Shown here: in pieces, positions 57,001-64,000 of the stretch
How the letters are laid out: every line of letters begins with the position of its first letter
Numbering within the stretch: position 1 is the stretch's first letter
Assembly (NCBI GenBank): GCA_038087875.1
Contig: CM075981.1
Location: 2,480,001 to 2,544,000, forward strand
Length of the DNA: 64,000 nt
Source: Malacoraja senta
Lineage: Eukaryota
Direction of reading: 5' to 3'
Made by a program: the position numbers and the translations under genes
The notes under the pieces: generated by a model
Told to the model about the DNA's origin: nothing
Seen by the model: only the letters and a program-made list of their open reading frames with translations
Database searches by the model: none

Positions 57001-60000
57001 AACCTCCCACTGATTCAACACAAGCCCTTCCAAGGGACAGGGGCAAGATGATTTCAGTGACTACAAAATAAAATGCTGTTCCTAAATTTGGTATTGACCT
57101 AAGTGTGTCACGTTTACAATGACAGACATTATGGGGTGGTTGTGCTGACTTGCCCCTGACCTTGCCCCTGACCTGAGATCACACCTGGAGTATTGTGTAC
57201 AGTTTTGGTCCCCTAATTTGTGGAAGGACATTCTTGCTATTGAGGGAGTGCAGCGTAGGTTTACAAGGTTAATTCCCGGGATGACGGGACTGTCATATGC
57301 TGAGAGAATGGTGCGGCTGGGCTTGTACACTCTGGAGATTAGAAGGATGGGAGGATCTCATTGAAACATATCAGATTGTTAAGGGTTTGGACACGCTAGA
57401 GGCAGGAAACATGTTCCCGATGTTGGGGGAGTCCAGAACCAGGGGCCACAGTTTAAGAATAAGGAGTAAGCCATTTAGAATGGAGACGAGGAAACACTTT
57501 TTCTCACAGAGACTGGTGAGTCTGTGGAATTCTCTGCCTCAGCGGGTGGTGGAGGCGGGTTCTCTGGATGCTTTCAAGAGAGAGCTAGATAGGGCTCTTA
57601 AAAATAGCGGAGTCAGGGGATATGGGGAGAAGGCAGGAACGGGGTACTGATTGGGGATGATCAGCCATTATCATATTGAATGGTGATGCTGGCTCGAAGG
57701 GCCAAATGGCCTACTCCTCCACCTATTGTCTATTGTCTATTGTCTATTGTTTGTCTATAGCTACTGTCCCTTGACCATGCATTTATCCCATCACAGCATC
57801 ATCTCCTTCCTACAAAAACGTCCTTTAATTCTGAGGCTATGACCTCTAGTCCTAGACTTTCCCACCAGTGGAAACATCCTCTCCACATCCACTCTATCCA
57901 AGACTTTCACTATTCAGTATGTTTCAGTGAGGTCCCTCCCTCTCTGCTCACTCTCCCAACCTGTCCAAGTCCTCCTGTAGAGACTCTGCCCTTCCACCTA
58001 TTTTTGTATCCCTTTAATACCGCTGGCTTTCATCTTCCTTCGCAGCCTCACGTGTGGCACTTTATCAAAGGCTTCCGAAGGGGAGTTCAGAACCAGGGCC
58101 ACAGTTTAAGAATAAGCGGGTAGGCCATTTAGGATTGAGATGAGGAAAAAAAAATTCCCCCAAAGAGTTGTGAATCTGTGGAATTCTCTGCCACAGAAGG
58201 CAGTGGAGGCCAATTCACTGGATGTTTTCAAGAGAGAGTTAGATTTAGCTCTTAGGGCTAACGGAATCAAGGGATATGAGCAAAAAGCAGGAACGGGGTA
58301 CTGATTTTGGATGATCAGCCATGATCATATTGAATGGCGTTGCTGGCTCGAAGGGCCAAATGACCTACTACTCCACCTATTTTCTATGTTTCTAAGGTTC
58401 TGTGACTCGCTGGAGCCACAACAAGGATGTGTGGGGCACGTTGTCAACTGTTGGGACATCTTTGATGACCACAATCTCGTTAGTAATTAACGGCAGCTGA
58501 CTAGCAACCACACAGAGACAAGTCTGGGCACCACTCTGTGAACAACAATGTTTGTTTGACACCAGTTTGTATTGGGGTGGAACAGTGGTAGCATAGCGGT
58601 AGAGTTACTGCCTCACAGTGCCAGAGACCCGGGTTCGAATCCTGACTACGGGTGCTGACTACCCGTGCCAACGGCCAGAACCTTTTCACCAGAAGAGAAA
58701 TACCAATTACTAGAGGACGTCAGACAGACAGTTCAAGTAGATCATCAGAACAAGTTTCCCAGCGTGGGAATGTAAAGGACTAGAGGGCACATCTTTAAGG
58801 TGAGAGGGGCAAAGTTTAAATGAGATGTGCGGATACACAGGTGGTGGTGGGAGCCTGGAACGCGCTGCCAGGGGTGGTGGTGGAGGCAGACACGATGGTG
58901 GTGTTTAAGAGGCTATTATATTGGCACATGGATATGCAGGGACTGGAGGGATATGGATCACGTGCAGGCAGAGGAGATTAGTTTAACCTGTCCGCAGGTG
59001 AATGATGGAATCTGGGAGAAATTGAAAACCATATAGAGAGAATAAAGTTGGACTAGATTAGTGTAGGATTAGTGTAAATGGATGGCTGATGGATGGCATG
59101 GACACAACGGGTCTGTGTCTCTCTGAAAACAAGATTGTGCAAAGCTTGAAAGGTAAGTAACTGCATGTGACTGTGACATTCATACTGATGTGTTCCTTCC
59201 CTCTGGAAGGCGACTCCGGACTGTCAAAGCCGCCAGAACCAGACATAACCACGAGCAGTAGCTCTACTCAACAACCAGAAGTCTGCAGCCTCCTTGTGCT
59301 CTGGTATTTTATGTCATTCTTCACATGGTTAAATTGTAATGTTTCATTCCTAATTGTTAACTGTATATCGTGTTGTGACTTGCGAGCAAAGCACCAAGGG
59401 ACTTCTTGTATGTATACATACTTGGCTAATAGCAGTTATTTAATTCAATCCATAGCAACTGAAATTGCTGACTTTAATTGATAAACTGTTTATCAGGATG
59501 AGGGGAATTTTGAAGGATGAGGGGATGGGGACCGCATTGAAACTTACCGAATAGTTAAAGGCCTGGACAGAGTGGATGTGGAGAGGATGATTCCATTATT
59601 TACGGAGTCCAGGACCAGAGGGCACATCCTCAGAATAAAAGGAAGTACCTTTAGGAAGGAGATGTGACCTGGACAGGTTGAGTGAGTGGGCAGATGCGTG
59701 GCAGATGCAGTATAATATAGATAAATCTGAGGTTATCCACTTTGGCAACAAAAACAAGGGGGCAGATTATTATCTCAATGGGGTTAGGTTAGGCAAGAGG
59801 GAGGTGCAGCAAGACCTGGGCGTCCTTGTACACCGGTCACTGAAAGTTGGCGTGCAGGTACAGCAGGCAGTGAAGAAAGCTAATGGAATGTTGACCTTCA
59901 TAACAAGAGGATTTCAGTACAGGAGTAAAGAGGTTCTTCTGCAGTTGTTTAGGGCTCTGGTGAGACCACATCTGGAGTATTGTGTCCAGTTTTGGTCTCC

Positions 60001-61734
60001 TCATTTGAGGAAGGACATCCTTGTGATTGAGGCGGTGCAGTGTAGATTGATTGATCAACAAGATTGATCCCTGGGATGGCGGGACTGTCATATGAGGTAA
60101 GATTGAAAAGACTAGGCTTGTATTCACTGGAGTTTAGAAGGATGAGAGGGTATCTAACAGAAACATATAAAATTATAAAAGGACTGGACAAGCTAGATGC
60201 AGGAAAAATGTTCCCAATGTTGGGCGAGTCCTGAACCGGGGGCCACAGACTTAGAATAAAGGGGAAGCCATTTAAGACTGATGTGAGAAAAAACGTTTTC
60301 ACCCGGAGAGTTGTGAATTTGTGGAATTCCCTGCCACAGAGGGCAGTGGAGGCCAAGTCACTGGATGGATTTAAGAGAGAGTTAGATAGAATAGGGGCTA
60401 GTGGAATCAAGGGATATGGGGAGAAGGCAGGCACGGGTTATTGATTGGGGACGATCAGCCATGATCGCAATGAATGGCGGTGCTGGCTCGAAGGGCTGAA
60501 TGGCCTCCTCCTTCACCTATTTTCTATGTTTCTATGTTTCTATGAGATGAGGAGGAATTTCCTTGGTCAGAGGGTGGTGAATCTGTGGAATTCATGGCCA
60601 AAGACGGTTGTGGAGGCCATGTCATTGGGTATTTTTAAAGCGGAGATTGACAGATTCTTGATTAGTACGGATGTCAGAGGTTATGGGGAGAAGGCAGGAG
60701 AATGGGGTTGAGAGGGAGAGACAGATCAGCCATGATTGAACGGAGGAGTAGACTTGATGGGGCAAATGGCCTAATTCTGCTCCTGGAAGTGATGCACATG
60801 AACAGACACAAAGTACGTTGTTATATGCTTGAAATTATGACTTTATTTTATTGTTTTAACAGCAACAATTATCTTTGTGATGGACAATCGGTGGTGGAAG
60901 TTCCGAGTTGTTTGTCGAGCGCAGTCTGTAACAGAAAGATCATCTTAGATTTCTCACAACCAGGAAGGATGTCTACACATCAGATCAAAAACAATATCTA
61001 AAGTACGTCTTTTTTTATAATTTCTAGTTTAGTTTAGTTTAGTTTATTATTGTCACGTGTACCAAGGTGCAGTGAAAAGTTTTTTTGTTTGCGTGCTATC
61101 CTGTCAGTGGAAAGACTACACATGATTACAATTGAGCCGCCCACAGTGTACAGATACAGGATGAAAGGGTTAACGTTCTGTGCGAGGTGAAGTCCGATCA
61201 GAGATAGTCCAAAGAGTGATGGGGCTACACAGCAGGGAGACAGTGCATACCTGACCCTCACTCATTTCCCCAACATTCCCATCAGTTCTCCCCAGATTCC
61301 AACCCTCACCTACACACGAGGGGCAATTTACAGAGGGCCTGTCAACCTACAACCTTGCGCGACTTTGGGATGTGGGAGGAAACCGGAGCTCCTGGAGAAA
61401 AACCCACGCGGTGATGGGGAGAACGTGCCAACTCCGTCACCCAGAGAGTTGTGAATCTGTGCAATTCTCTGCTACAGAAGGCAGTGGAGGCCAATTCACT
61501 AGATGCTTTCAAGAGAGAGTTGGATATAGCTCTTAGGGCCAGGGGTGTAGTGCTGCCGGAGGGCACCCCTGTAAAAAAAAAAGGCCAAAAAAAAGGGGAA
61601 TTTTAATGTGTGTGGTCGGGGTAACCTGATGAAAAGAGGGGGAAGGGGAAGACCCATCACTACTGATGGGTTTTCAATCACTACTGATGGGCCTTCCCTA
61701 CAGGGGGTCAGGGGGGGTGGAGCATTAGGACCCA

Positions 61735-61930
61735 GCAGAGTCATCACTACTGATGGATCTTCCCTATAGAGGGGAGGAAGGGCGGGGCACTAGGACCCAG
61801 CAGAGTCATCACTACTGATGGATCTTCCCTATAGAGGTGAGGAAGGGCGGGGCACTAGGACCCAGCAGAGTCATCACTACTGATGGATCTTCCCTATAGA
61901 GGTGAGGAAGGGCGGGGCACTAGGACCCAG
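61735..61930. repeat. ~61-bp unit repeated three times in tandem (one full copy plus a partial in the left arm)
   Basis: gcagagtcatcactactgatggatcttccctatagagg.gaggaagggcggggcactaggaccca x3. Confidence 0.9.
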
Positions 61931-62334
61931 CAGGGACAGACCACGTGCTGCTGTCCGCCTGGTGGCGGTTGGTTGTGGGCCTCGTGCTGCGCCTGGAGCT
62001 CCGGTGAGGTGAGTGTCGGCTCCGGCCCGTTGGTGGCTGCTGGCCGGTGGGGAGACGAGGCGAGGCGAGGCGAGGCGAGGCGAGGTCGCTGGCGGAGGCC
62101 CGTAGATAGAGATACGCGTCGACGGCAGCAGCATGGATGGCCGGGGAGGCGGTGAGTGAGGGTCGACGACAGCGACTCTGTCCCGCCCCGCCCCGCCCCG
62201 CCCGGGGAGAGTCGGCAGCCGCGGGCGGCGGTTTCGGTGTCAGAGTCGGACTCTGGGCCTGGGTTTGGCCGGGGAGGCGGTGGGTGTTGTTGCTGCTCCT
62301 GGTGGTGGCCATCTCGGCCTCGTGGTGGGTGGGT

Positions 62335-62804
62335 NNNNNNNNNNNNNNNNNNNNNNNNNNNNNNNNNNNNNNNNNNNNNNNNNNNNNNNNNNNNNNNNNN
62401 NNNNNNNNNNNNNNNNNNNNNNNNNNNNNNNNNNNNNNNNNNNNNNNNNNNNNNNNNNNNNNNNNNNNNNNNNNNNNNNNNNNNNNNNNNNNNNNNNNNN
62501 NNNNNNNNNNNNNNNNNNNNNNNNNNNNNNNNNNNNNNNNNNNNNNNNNNNNNNNNNNNNNNNNNNNNNNNNNNNNNNNNNNNNNNNNNNNNNNNNNNNN
62601 NNNNNNNNNNNNNNNNNNNNNNNNNNNNNNNNNNNNNNNNNNNNNNNNNNNNNNNNNNNNNNNNNNNNNNNNNNNNNNNNNNNNNNNNNNNNNNNNNNNN
62701 NNNNNNNNNNNNNNNNNNNNNNNNNNNNNNNNNNNNNNNNNNNNNNNNNNNNNNNNNNNNNNNNNNNNNNNNNNNNNNNNNNNNNNNNNNNNNNNNNNNN
62801 NNNN
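62335..62804. other. Assembly gap (N run)
   Basis: Ns, at the position equivalent to the left-arm gap. Confidence 1.
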
Positions 62805-63330
62805 ATGAGGGTGTGGGTGTGAGGGGGGTGTGTGTGAGGGTGTGTGTGTATGAGGGTGTGGGTGTGGGTGAGGGGGCGTGTGTGTGAGAGGGGGCGTGTG
62901 TGTGAGAGGGGGCGTGTGTGTGAGAGGGGGCGTGTGTGTGAGAGGGGGCGTGTGTGTGAGAGGGGGCTGTGTGTGTGAGAGGGGGCTGTGTGTGTGAGAG
63001 GGGGCTGTGTGTGTGAGAGGGGGCTGTGTGTGAGAGGGGGCTGTGTGTGTGAGAGGGGGCTGTGTGTGTGAGAGGGGGCTGTGTGTGTGAGAGGGGGCTG
63101 TGTGTGTGAGAGGGGGCTGTGTGTGTGAGAGGGGGCTGTGTGTGTGAGAGGTGGCGCGTGTGTGTGAGGGGGCGCGTGTGTGTGAGGGGGCGCGTGTGTG
63201 TGAGGGGGCGTGTGTGTGAGGGGGCGTGTGTGTGAGGGTATGAGTGCGTGTGTGTGTGTGTGAGGGGGTGAGTGTGTGAGGGTGTGTGTGTGTGTGTGTG
63301 TGTGAGGGGGTGTGTGAGTGTGTGTCTGGG
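62805..63330. repeat. GT-rich minisatellite (mirror of 30620-31132)
   Basis: Directly visible. Confidence 0.95.
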
Positions 63331-64000
63331 TGAGCGTCAGTATGTGTCAGTGGGTGAGCCGAATAGCCTACTCCCGCACCTATTTTTTTCTATCTCCACA
63401 CTCAGACAGCTCCAGTAGTCAGGATTGAACCCGTGTCTCTGGAGCTGTGAGGCAGCGGCTCTACCCGCTGCACGGCTACTTTCTCTGGAGCATTTTCTGG
63501 AATGTTCGCCTGTTTCTGGCCTGTTGGTTCCCTTGCCCACCCCCACCACCATACTCTTCACTCAAAGAGGAGGTGGCACGGTGGCGCAGCGGTAGACATT
63601 CCACTTGCATGTCTTACAGCGCCATAGACCCGGGTTCCATCCTGACCTCGGGTGCTGTCTGTACAGAGTTTGCACGTTCTCGCTTTGACTGCATGGGTTT
63701 TCTCCGGGTGCTCCGGTTTCCTCCCACGTTCCAAAAACTTACAGGTTTGTCGGTAAATTGGCTTCTGTAAATTGTAAACTGTCCCTAGTGTGTAGGATAG
63801 TGCTAGTGTACGGGGTGATCGCTAGTCGGCTTGGACTCGATGGGCCGAAGGGCCTGTTATCGCGCTGTATCTCTAAAGACTAGAGGTGACTCTGCTGGGT
63901 GAAAATACTATGACCAATGAATGTTTAGGGTGGCCAGTCACCTGCTATTGTGTTTCTTACCCCACGAGCATTAGGGTCAAGTAGGGTCAGTATGGACTTG

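Larger units (their letters stand above)
55800..64000. repeat. Right arm of large inverted duplication (runs off the window end)
   Basis: Position 64000 corresponds to ~29943; the match is still ongoing at the window edge. Confidence 0.95.

Noticed and set aside
61735-61930. Regularly spaced repeats resembling a CRISPR array
   Set aside because: This is a perfect tandem triplication without unique spacers, in vertebrate DNA with no cas genes.

Overview
This is eukaryotic, repeat-rich vertebrate DNA, most likely from a cartilaginous fish (skate/ray). That assignment is inferred from the V-SINE, CR1 and Penelope-type repeats, not from a database search. The window holds one intact 11-exon GH18 chitinase (CHIA-like, + strand, 19694-29861) and an orphan degenerate chitinase exon (~44.2 kb). 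It also holds CR1, Rex1-like, V-SINE, DIRS, Gypsy, ERV and MITE remnants, a ~6.8-kb-offset direct duplication and an ~8.5-kb inverted duplication. The main discovery is six copies (U1-U6; 3 intact, 3 disrupted) of an unrecognised two-exon gene flanking the chitinase. Each copy has a near-identical CCAAT/TATA promoter, a short non-coding exon 1 and an intron. A single coding exon then encodes a signal peptide, a ~25-aa propeptide ending in R-x-x-R, one Ig V-type domain with an extra conserved Cys pair, and a stop, with no TM segment. The promoter, prepro region and 3' flank are nearly invariant while the V domain is hypervariable. This is a conserved-prepro/hypervariable-mature architecture, typical of toxin and antimicrobial peptide families, applied to a secreted Ig fold.
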